Shown piece after piece: positions 49,286 to 57,650 of a stretch of DNA of 64,000 bases. Origin of the DNA: an uncultured Gemmatimonadales bacterium (lineage in GTDB: Bacteria; Gemmatimonadota; Gemmatimonadetes; Longimicrobiales; Longimicrobiaceae); assembly GCA_963716255.1 (NCBI GenBank), contig OY970303.1, forward strand, positions 3,456,001 to 3,520,000. Direction: 5' to 3'. Position 1 is the first letter of the stretch. Every line of letters begins with the position of its first letter. Made by a program: the position numbers and the translations under genes. Under the pieces are notes generated by a model. The model had not been told where the DNA came from and made no database searches. It saw nothing but the letters and a program-made list of their open reading frames with translations.

Positions 49286-49549
49286 ACCTCCTCGCCCTCC
49301 GCGCCGAGATGATCCGGTACCGCCCCTCGCGGACCGTGTACACGACCGCGACCTCCCGCTCCTCCACCACCCCGACCGCCAGCCTGCGCTCCTCGCCGTC
49401 GCGGTTGGAGGCGACCTCCAGGGTAGGCCCGTAGAAGACCCGGGCCGCGTCCTCGAAATCGATCCCGTGCTTCGCGAGGTTGGCCTGATATGACACTTCC
49501 GCTCGTCCCACTCGAAATCCAGCGGCTCGGGTGGGTTTAGTATATACAT
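49227..49549 (-). pseudogene. brnT: BrnT family toxin, frameshifted near 49486-49495
   Basis: FEWDERK in one frame; ANLAKHGIDFEDA...RIISARRA in another. Confidence 0.8.
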
Positions 49550-49702
49550 TCGTATTTACGAAGGCAAGAGATCGGATCGGGGGACCCCGTTTTCAAGGAT
49601 CGGTCGCGGGCGGCCGGGCTTGAGGCTTCGCTTGACGTGCCGCCCACCGGTGCGCTACAACTCCCGCCGGACGCTCGAATGAACCAGCCAGGAGGCAGCG
49701 CC

Positions 49703-50101
49703 ATGACCGAACACCCGAGAAGCTGGCACCCCGTCGCCCCGGCGGGCGGGTCCGCGCCGCCGCGCGGCAACTACTCCCCCGCCGTGCGCGCCGGCGACTT
49801 CGTGTACGTGTCCGGCCAGGTGCCGCGCGACGCCGCCACCGGCGAGCTGCTGGGCGCCGACGTGGGCGAGCAGACCCGCCACACGCTGGAGAAGCTGGAC
49901 GCCGTGCTGCGCACCGCCGGCGGCTCGCTCGCGGACGTGGTCGCCGTGACCGCGTACCTCCAGGACATCGGCGACTGGGAGGCCTTCAACCGCGCGTACG
50001 GAGAGGCGTTCACCCCGCCCTTCCCCACGCGCACCACCGTGGGTGCGGACCTGGCAGACGTCCTGGTGGAGATCAGCGCCGTGGCGTACCTGCCGAGGTA
50101 G
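49703..50101 (+). CDS. RidA/YjgF family protein
   Basis: YSPAVRAGDFVYVSGQVP, FNRAY...PTRTTV, VEISAVA. Confidence 0.92.
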   Translation: MTEHPRSWHPVAPAGGSAPPRGNYSPAVRAGDFVYVSGQVPRDAATGELLGADVGEQTRHTLEKLDAVLRTAGGSLADVVAVTAYLQDIGDWEAFNRAYGEAFTPPFPTRTTVGADLADVLVEISAVAYLPR

Positions 50102-50180
50102 AACGGACGTGCGGAAGTAGAACTGTGGTACGGAGTACGTGAAGGCGCCCCCGCCGGGAGATCCCGGCGGGGGCGCCGCT

Positions 50181-50311
50181 GCATGAGGGATGTCGGCCCG
50201 AAGGGGCGAGACCCGCGCAGTTTGCGGGGCTCGACTCCGTTAAGCACGGTTGTATCGTGCTTTACGGAGCCGCAGCCCGACCCCCGCGCCCCGCGGGGGG
50301 CATGCCCGAAC
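50181..50311 (+). repeat. Structured intergenic repeat family 1, copy G
   Basis: GCATGAGGGAT...CATGCCCGAAC (compensatory closing stem); preceded by a hairpin at 50144-50177. Confidence 0.88.
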
Positions 50312-50331
50312 CCGGCTGTTCGGAACCCGTC

Positions 50332-51429
50332 TTACCTCGCCAGCCAGCGGGGGAGCCAGTCCGCTCCCGGCGCGCGGGTCAGGCGGGTGATCCCCGTCCC
50401 GTCCGAGCGCATCAGGTACAGCTCCGGGTCGCCGTCGCGGTCGGAGGTGAAGACGAGGTGGTTTCCGTCGGGAGACCAGGCGGGGGAGCCGTCCCTGCCC
50501 CGTCCGTCGGACAGCTCGCGCACGGCGCCGGTGGACAGCTCCACCACCCGGATGCGCGATGCACCCTGGCGGGTGCGGCGCACGTAGGCCACGCGCCCGC
50601 CATCGGGCGACCAGGCGGGCTCCGCCTCCTGCACGTTGGCCCCGGCGGCGCCGGTGTCCGCGGCGGCGGTGAGCCGCCGGATCCCCGAGCCGTCCGGGCG
50701 CACCAGGTAGACGCGGTCGGCGCTCTCGCGGTTGCTGAGGAAGGCGAGCGTCCGCCCGTCCGGCGACCAGAGCGCGCCCCAGTCGTCGCGGTGGAACGCG
50801 GTGAGGCGCCGCTGCCCGGAGCCGTCGGCGCGCATCACGTACAGCTCGGCGTTGCCGTCGCGGCTGGAGGCGAAGGCGATCCACGCGCCGTCGGGCGACA
50901 CCGCCGGCTCGAAGTTGCCCAGCCGGTCGTCGGTCAGCCGCACCGGGGAGGTGCCGTCCGCGCCGATGCGGTACAGGTCGCGGAAGCTGGCCTCGTCCGA
51001 TTCGAACACCAGCCAGCGCCCGTCCGGCGACCAGCTGGGGCTCCGCGAGCGCCCCATCCGCGGGCCGATGGGGCGGGGCGCCCCGCCGTCCAGCGGGTAC
51101 AGCGCGAGCTGCTCCAGGTGGAGGGTGGAGTCTTCGGCCACCGACACCACCAGCACACCGGAGCCGTCGGGCGCGGGGGCGGCGGGGTAGTCGGCTTCCG
51201 GGCCGCGGGTCAGACGGCGCAGCCCCTCCCCGGAGGGGCGGGCCACGTAGACCTCCGGGTTGCCGTCGCGCTCGGAGGTCCAGGCCAGCGTTCCCGCGAG
51301 GGCGCGCCGCTCGGCGAGCGGCAGGGTGTCGCCGGGGGCCGCGGCGCGCGAGGAGCCGGCGTCGCCGCGGCACGCGGACAGGGCGAGAAGGAGCAGGGCC
51401 GCGGCGCGGCGGGTCTGCGGGCGTCTCAT
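50332..51429 (-). CDS. TolB-like PD40 beta-propeller lipoprotein
   Basis: Lipobox LSA-C; repeated P.WSPDG..L.F.S.RDG. Confidence 0.9.
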   Translation of the reverse strand: MRRPQTRRAAALLLLALSACRGDAGSSRAAAPGDTLPLAERRALAGTLAWTSERDGNPEVYVARPSGEGLRRLTRGPEADYPAAPAPDGSGVLVVSVAEDSTLHLEQLALYPLDGGAPRPIGPRMGRSRSPSWSPDGRWLVFESDEASFRDLYRIGADGTSPVRLTDDRLGNFEPAVSPDGAWIAFASSRDGNAELYVMRADGSGQRRLTAFHRDDWGALWSPDGRTLAFLSNRESADRVYLVRPDGSGIRRLTAAADTGAAGANVQEAEPAWSPDGGRVAYVRRTRQGASRIRVVELSTGAVRELSDGRGRDGSPAWSPDGNHLVFTSDRDGDPELYLMRSDGTGITRLTRAPGADWLPRWLAR

Positions 51430-51493
51430 GAGGATCGGGTGCGGGAAGACCGCGCGCCCCGGGATCCCCGGGGCGCGCGGAGCTGCGAGGGCG

Positions 51494-53068
51494 TCAGCGG
51501 ACCCGGACGGCGTCCGCGATCACCACGTAGCCGGTGGTGGTCCAGCGCGACAGCTGGATCTTGTTCCAGCCGGCCGTGAAGCTCCAGGTGCCGATGGCGT
51601 TCCACTGTCCGCCGTTCACCTGCTGGTTGACGTTGACCGTGCCCAGCTGGGTGCCGCCCGCGTTGAAGGCGATGAACGGCGCGGAGGCGGAGCGGTTGGT
51701 CCCCGCCACCCACCAGGCGTCGATGGTCTTGGTGGCCGCCGCCGGGAGGTAGAACCAGAAGGTCGCCGGGTCCGAGATCGCCTGCGTGTTGGCGAAGTTG
51801 TACCCGCTTCCGTAGTACCCGGCGCTGGTGCCGCTGGACCAGTTGGCCGACACGCTGTACTGCGCCACCGCGGAGTTGTTGTTGGCGTTGTTGCTGTCCA
51901 CGATGATCTCGGCGGAGGTGCCGCCGCCGCAGTGGGTGTTGATGCGGTTCAGGTAGTCGGTCCAGGGCCAGTTGGGGCCCGGGTCGGTGCGGTTGTACGG
52001 CTGGAGCTGGCCGTGCGCCACCACGTGGTACTTGTCGCGGGGGATGCCGTTGTCGCGGGTGATGTCGCACGACAGCTTGGCCGACGCGTCGATCTGCCCC
52101 ACGGGGAAGGAGGTCTGCGAGGCGAAGCCGCCGTGCTCGATCCCCACCGTGAAGTGGTTGGCGGAGTAGCCGTTGCGCCAGCACTCCACGCTGCTGTTGA
52201 GCGTGCAGTCGTAGGTGGCGCCGATGTGCCAGCCGCGGTCTGCCTCGCGCACCAGCTGCGAGATCTCGGAGCCGCTCTCGTTCACCACGTAGTGCGCGCT
52301 CACCCCGGACGCGGAGTTGACCAGCCAGCTCCAGCACGAGGTGTAGGAGCCTTCGCAGGTGTGGATGATGATCATCCCCGGCTTGCCGATGTCGCCGGCG
52401 GGGCGCGCGTTGAAATTGGGCGAGGGGCGCCAGATGGCCGCGGCGTAGTCGGGCCCGGCTGCCAGGGCGGTCACCGGCATGGGGAAGTCCGCCGCCACGG
52501 GGGACGGCAGCAGCGAGGCCACCACGCCGCCGAGCGGCCCGCGGCCGACGACGCCCTCGTTGATCGCCGCGTACACGTCGCGGTGCACGTACGCCGCCTG
52601 GCCGTTCGCGTCGGCGATGCCGCTGTAGCGCGCCACCGCCGGCGCCCACGCCGCCACGTCCGACCGGTTCAGCTTCAGCTCGGCCGCGTAGGCGCCGAGG
52701 AGGGCGGCCGCCGCGCGCACGTTGGCCTCCGGCTGCGTCCGTGCCGCTTCCTCCGACACCTTCGCCAGGCCGGCGCCGCGCTCCAGCTGCGCGCCCTTGA
52801 GCGCCATGATCCCGTGCGCCACCGGCTGTCCGGGGAACTCCTCGGCGCCGCGCACCATCTGCCAGCGCGTCTCCACGTACCCGATGGCCTTGAGGACCGA
52901 CGCCGGGACGTCGAACTCGGCTGCCGCCCTGTCGAACGTGACGTCGAGCTGTCCCGTGGCCGGGGCGTTGGGGGGAGGTGCGGTCAGCGAGGAGGTCGGC
53001 TCGTCGCTGCACGCGGCGAGGAGCGACAGGGCGGCCACGGCCGTGGCCAGGGAGCGGATGCTGCGCAT
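51494..53068 (-). CDS. Lipoprotein N-acetylmuramoyl-L-alanine amidase (lysozyme-like N-terminal domain, Amidase_2, Golvesin-like C-terminal domain)
   Basis: [59 protein letters not shown]. Confidence 0.88.
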   Translation of the reverse strand: MRSIRSLATAVAALSLLAACSDEPTSSLTAPPPNAPATGQLDVTFDRAAAEFDVPASVLKAIGYVETRWQMVRGAEEFPGQPVAHGIMALKGAQLERGAGLAKVSEEAARTQPEANVRAAAALLGAYAAELKLNRSDVAAWAPAVARYSGIADANGQAAYVHRDVYAAINEGVVGRGPLGGVVASLLPSPVAADFPMPVTALAAGPDYAAAIWRPSPNFNARPAGDIGKPGMIIIHTCEGSYTSCWSWLVNSASGVSAHYVVNESGSEISQLVREADRGWHIGATYDCTLNSSVECWRNGYSANHFTVGIEHGGFASQTSFPVGQIDASAKLSCDITRDNGIPRDKYHVVAHGQLQPYNRTDPGPNWPWTDYLNRINTHCGGGTSAEIIVDSNNANNNSAVAQYSVSANWSSGTSAGYYGSGYNFANTQAISDPATFWFYLPAAATKTIDAWWVAGTNRSASAPFIAFNAGGTQLGTVNVNQQVNGGQWNAIGTWSFTAGWNKIQLSRWTTTGYVVIADAVRVR

Positions 53069-53480
53069 GAGGATCCCTCCTGCGGGTGGAAGAGAGGGCG
53101 GGCGCGGGCCGCGGGGGCACGTCGCGCCGCCGCACGCGCCCCCGTACGGGAGGGGCGGAGTGACCGCGGGTTCCGACGATGGCAGACGCGTGGGGCTGTG
53201 CTTCCTACTTAATCCTGGAAGCAGGGCGACGCAAGGTTGGTCTTAACCGGGACGCATGATTTCAGACAGGGGCGATGCACTTGCCATGCCGGTCGCTACT
53301 CGACGCGGGGGCGAATCCGCAGCGGGGCGCATCGTGCGGCGGGGGATGTCGTGGAGCGGGAGGGAGTTGGACGCGGCGGAGTAAAATGCCGCGGAGGCCG
53401 GCCGCGATGCGGCCGGCCCCCGGGACGAGCGGAAAACGAGTGCGCGGGTGGCTGCGGCTGGAAGCGGATGCAGTTTCCGG

Positions 53481-54644
53481 CTACTCCCCGTCGGCGGGCG
53501 GCTTTCCAGCCGGGAGCCCCCGGCGCGCGACCGCGGTGGCTCGACGCCAGACCCGGCCCGTGGCCTCGGAGCCGCCGCGGCGGGCGGCGCCCAGGAGGCG
53601 GCGCAGGCGCGACGCGTAGGCGCTCATCTCCTCCTCGGCCTCGCGGCGGGCTGCGGCCAGCTCGCGCGGGGAGAAGCCCAGGCAGGCGGCGACCTCGGCC
53701 ACCACCTTTTCTTCCTCGTCGGACATCCCGTCCTCGGCGGCGGCGCTCACCACCGCGAGGTCCAGCAGTTCCTCGCGCGCGGCCGGGGGGAGCCCGGCCA
53801 TGATGTCCCGCTGCTCGCGCGTGAACACCGGCGTTCCCCCATCGCCGATGGCGGCGGTGCGAACCGCCGCGACCACGGCCTGGCGGAGCCGCGGGAGGGC
53901 GGGGTGCGTGGCCGCGGGGACGATCCCCCGCACCGGGATCCCCGCCTCGGCGGCGAAGCGGCGGATGGCGGCGCGCCCCAGCGCCAGCGTCCCCACGTAG
54001 TTGAGCGCCCCGGCGACGACGGCGCCCACCCCGGGAACCACGCGGGACAGGCTGCGCCGCACCACCTGCCGCGCGGCGGCGTCCGCCGCGGCCTCGCCGA
54101 CGCGCACCGCCCCGAACGCCGTGGCCATGGAGGCCACGAAGAGGGTGCGCACCTGCTGGGTGGGCTCGGCGAGCGGGACGCCCAGGATGGCGGCGATCTC
54201 CAGCACCAGGTCGCGCTGCTGCTCGGCCACGTAGCGCCAGTCGGCCACCATTCCCAGGGCGGCGAGCGCCGGCCCGATCCCCGGGACCATCGCAGGGAGT
54301 GCGGACACCGCCCCCACGGCCGCGCTGCGCCGCGCCCGCTCGCGGGTGCGGGCCCACGCCAGCGCCACCGGGTCGGCGTCGGGGTGGCGGGCGCGCAGCT
54401 CCGCCACCTCCGTGGCGACCCGCTCCGGGAGTTCGGGGGTCACCTCCAGCGCGGCGTCCACCGCCTCCTGGAAGCGGCGCGCCAGCCGCTCTCGGTCGCG
54501 CTCGCCCAGGCGCGGCAGGCGCGCCCGGCCCAGGCGGTCGCGGAACTGCGCGGAGGCGCCGCCCACCATCTCGCGCCAGCCGCGCTCCTCCGCGCTGCCG
54601 TCGGGGGTCGCGGCGCGGGCGTCGTCCGTGGGTGGTTCGGCCAT
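53481..54644 (-). CDS. EcsC-like protein with a TerB-like C-terminus
   Basis: GAVSALPAMVPGIG...VPGVGAVVAGALN; AAEDGMSDEEEKVVAEVAACLG. Confidence 0.65.
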   Translation of the reverse strand: MAEPPTDDARAATPDGSAEERGWREMVGGASAQFRDRLGRARLPRLGERDRERLARRFQEAVDAALEVTPELPERVATEVAELRARHPDADPVALAWARTRERARRSAAVGAVSALPAMVPGIGPALAALGMVADWRYVAEQQRDLVLEIAAILGVPLAEPTQQVRTLFVASMATAFGAVRVGEAAADAAARQVVRRSLSRVVPGVGAVVAGALNYVGTLALGRAAIRRFAAEAGIPVRGIVPAATHPALPRLRQAVVAAVRTAAIGDGGTPVFTREQRDIMAGLPPAAREELLDLAVVSAAAEDGMSDEEEKVVAEVAACLGFSPRELAAARREAEEEMSAYASRLRRLLGAARRGGSEATGRVWRRATAVARRGLPAGKPPADGE

Positions 54645-54974
54645 GGAAGTGTGCCTTCGGGGGGAAGAGGCGTCGCCGTGCAGGCTCGCAAGCACCGTTC
54701 CGGAAAAAATGATGGCGGCGGGCCGGTGATCCGGCCCGCCCTTGTTTGGAGGAGCTCGCTACCGAAGGGGTGTGTAGTGCGTGCCCATCGGCTGACTGGA
54801 TCACCTCCTTGTCTACGAAGCGACAGAAGAAGTAGGTAAGAACCTGCGCCACGAGGAGGCTTTCATGGCGCTTTGGGAGTCCAAAGTTCCTCAACGCAAA
54901 GTATGGCGTCTGTCGCACTCAGTCATTACTCTGTCGGGTACCATGTGCTGCCCTACCACCCGGCTCAGATCGTC

Positions 54975-56255
54975 ATGGCGGAAGATATTGCAGTGAATGC
55001 GGTGGCGGCGTCGCGCCCAAGTCGCCTGCGGACGATTACCCTCCCACCTCCGCCCCTGAGCTGGTTGAGGGAGTTAACCGCGCTGGAAGCGGCTGGAGAC
55101 GAACTCGGTATCGCCTTCTGGCGTGTGTTAAGGAAGGTCCACGACTGGGCGCTGACTCCCGCGGAGGACCGCGCCGGACTCTTCGAGATCGACAAGAGGG
55201 CAGCACAGAAACGTTTGGGTGATGTAAGCTCGCAGGCCCCCAGCCTCGTAGAGGCATTCGGAACGTTTGCGCGCCTGATCCGGACTCCGGGGGAAATCGA
55301 GGCACGACAGGTCGCGGAGGCGTGTCACCAAGCACGCGAGTGGACCGAGGAGCAGTCAATGTTGGAAGCCGCGATGCTCTTCGCAGAGGCCGCAGCTATG
55401 GCCGAGCCGGAAGTTCCCAGCCACGCCAACACGGCCGGACGTCTCTGTCGACGTGCCGCATACGACGAGCGGTCAACCACATGGTACCACCGGGGCTTCG
55501 GGTTGGCCGTACGGACGAGGGAGCGGACGGAAACGATTCGGGCGCTGCTCGGCTATGGCGGGTTGATGTACTACCTGGGAAGACATGCGGATGCTCGCCG
55601 CTACTACGAGCGGGCCGTACGGGTAGCCGTTCACACGGGTCGGCATCGCCAGGCGGCCGAGGCGAAGCACGACATGGTTCTCATTGCGGCAGAAGCGGGG
55701 ACCTACCAGGAGGGGGAGAGACACGCTCGGCAAGCGCTTCAGTACTACCCCGTGCATCATCCCCGGATTCCGTACCTCGTGCACGATGTCGCATTCCTGT
55801 TCATCCGGAACCGCCTTTACTCATTCGCGCTTCCGCTGCTCAGGTGCGTGCGGCAACAAATCTCCTTACCGGGAGAACAAGCTCTGGTGTTGAGCAGCAT
55901 CGCACGTGCGGCGGCTGGGGCAGGTCAGGTCTCCCTTTTCAGGGAAGCCGCAGACGAAGTGCTCTCGCTGGTTGAGTCGTTCGGAGAGCACGCTGCCGCC
56001 GCGTTGTGGAACGTGGCCGAAGGCGCCTGGTGCTGTGCTGATCGGGAACGAGCTGAACGCCTGGCAGAAAGGGCGGTGGAAATCGCGCGTACTCGCAAAG
56101 AGAGTGAACCAGAGCGTGGGGCATCTGCTCTGCTGGTGAGAGTGGCAAGTAGGGAACTCCCGCAACCAGAGGCGGGACCACCCATCGGCAACCGTATCGA
56201 GCAGCTTTCCCGGGGATGCTTGGCGAAGCTGAACCGGTGGAAGGTCCCGGGTTAG
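54975..56255 (+). CDS. TPR-like helical repeat protein (cassette 2)
   Basis: STTWYHRGFGLA, ALLGYGGLMYYLGRHADARRYYERA; paralog of 23676-24989; start could lie upstream (54873 or 54903). Confidence 0.8.
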   Translation: MAEDIAVNAVAASRPSRLRTITLPPPPLSWLRELTALEAAGDELGIAFWRVLRKVHDWALTPAEDRAGLFEIDKRAAQKRLGDVSSQAPSLVEAFGTFARLIRTPGEIEARQVAEACHQAREWTEEQSMLEAAMLFAEAAAMAEPEVPSHANTAGRLCRRAAYDERSTTWYHRGFGLAVRTRERTETIRALLGYGGLMYYLGRHADARRYYERAVRVAVHTGRHRQAAEAKHDMVLIAAEAGTYQEGERHARQALQYYPVHHPRIPYLVHDVAFLFIRNRLYSFALPLLRCVRQQISLPGEQALVLSSIARAAAGAGQVSLFREAADEVLSLVESFGEHAAAALWNVAEGAWCCADRERAERLAERAVEIARTRKESEPERGASALLVRVASRELPQPEAGPPIGNRIEQLSRGCLAKLNRWKVPG

Positions 56256-56270
56256 CTTCAACCCGGGACC
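56243..56270. terminator. Hairpin at the TPR/peptide convergence point
   Basis: GGTCCCGGGTT-AGCTTC-AACCCGGGACC, overlapping the TPR stop. Confidence 0.55.
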
Positions 56271-56315
56271 CGAATAAATCCTGGGGGAGGCGGTCCCTGC
56301 TGGTCGCGCGAAGTT

Positions 56316-56561
56316 CTAGTTGCCGGACCCGAAGCCTCCTCCTCCGCGGGCTGTGCTGGTGCCGCCATCGGCCGTCGTCCCGGAGGTGGGAGTTGCCGAT
56401 GGTGTAGTCGTGCTATCGGTCTGAATCAAACGGTTTCCGGATCCGAAGCCTCCGCCGCCATCGAAGCGGGGGCTCTCCGGACTCAGCAGCGCCGACTCGC
56501 TGCACGCCGCGAGCCCGAGACACAGCATGGAAACCGCCAAGAGTGCGTACTTGACCTTCAT
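56316..56561 (-). CDS. Small lipoprotein-type precursor with a duplicated GGGGFGSGN motif
   Basis: SD-like AAGGAAGGA; lipobox LAA-C; motif is both internal and at the C-terminus. Confidence 0.82.
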   Translation of the reverse strand: MKVKYALLAVSMLCLGLAACSESALLSPESPRFDGGGGFGSGNRLIQTDSTTTPSATPTSGTTADGGTSTARGGGGFGSGN

Positions 56562-56894
56562 GGTTCCTTCCTTGTTGGGGGAATGCGTTAGTGTCGACGC
56601 GCCCCAACGTTACCCGCTCCACACACAATCCGCCACCAAGACCAACCGGCCGACAATGCTGCTTCTGAGCTGGATTCGTAGGCTAGTCCCAATTGCACCC
56701 GTGGGTAGCACCGGCGAGAAGCGCACGGCGGGGGAGTTCGTCGCGCTGCTGGTCGGGTATGCGGAAGGCACGCCCGGCTAGTCTGCAATCATGAAGAGAG
56801 GAAGGGTCACGCGGGAAGAAGAAGCCCCGGCCCCGCGCGAGCGGGACCGGGGCGACGAGTTGCAGCAGGGCAGGGGAGTGACGGGTGGGTCCGC

Positions 56895-57458
56895 CTACAG
56901 GCGGATGCGCAGCCCGACGTCCAGGTTCAGGTACGACACGTACTCGTCGCCGCCGTCGAAGAACTCGGTGGCGTAGCGGCGGAACGCGAAGCCGGGCGAC
57001 ACCGAGACGCGCGGTCCCAGGGGGAACGCCGCCCCCGCGCCCACCTCGAAGCCCACCTCGTCGTCGCCCTCGAACTCCACTCCCGCGACCTCGGTCTCGA
57101 AGTCGTGGAACAGGAGCCCGCCACGCACCCAGGGGGAGAACCCCACCCCCGGGAAGGCGACGCGGGCGCCGGCCTCCCAGCCGCGGTCCGTCCCCTCCGC
57201 CGACAGCGTCTCCATGTCGAACTCGGTCTGGCTGTAGCCGCCGTACACGGAAACGCGGGGCGCCACAAGGACGTGCACGCTCGCCCCGAAGCCGAAGGCG
57301 TTGTCGGCGGCGTCCGCGAAGTCGCCGCTGGGGATGGCGACCCCACCGCGCGCCTCGATCGAGATGGGCGTGGTGATGCCGAGCGGCCCCTGCGCGAACG
57401 CGCCGCCCGCGACCCCGAGGGCCGCTGCCACCGCGGCGCCGGACAGGAATCTTTTCAT
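56895..57458 (-). CDS. Outer membrane beta-barrel protein (OmpA-like, 8-strand)
   Basis: Signal peptide ending AFA; alternating beta-strands; C-terminal LDVGLRIRL. Confidence 0.8.
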   Translation of the reverse strand: MKRFLSGAAVAAALGVAGGAFAQGPLGITTPISIEARGGVAIPSGDFADAADNAFGFGASVHVLVAPRVSVYGGYSQTEFDMETLSAEGTDRGWEAGARVAFPGVGFSPWVRGGLLFHDFETEVAGVEFEGDDEVGFEVGAGAAFPLGPRVSVSPGFAFRRYATEFFDGGDEYVSYLNLDVGLRIRL

Positions 57459-57650
57459 GCTCTCTTTCTCCTCTGACGGGCCCCGCCATGCGGCGGAGCG
57501 TGTCCGGGTACGGAGCGCCGGGCGCCCGGTGCGCGCGACAGGCTCAACCCCGCCACGCAAGCGGCGCGCCGACCCCCGGCCGAAGCGGACGGCGGCGGGT
57601 CCCGCCGCGCCGTCTGTCGTTCCGGTGAAAGCGCGCGTATTATGCAGGGC

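Noticed and set aside
54796..54810. 16S fragment read as an rRNA pseudogene or assembly chimera
   Set aside because: Identity stops at 15 nt and the flanks are not rRNA-like; kept as an anti-16S motif finding instead.
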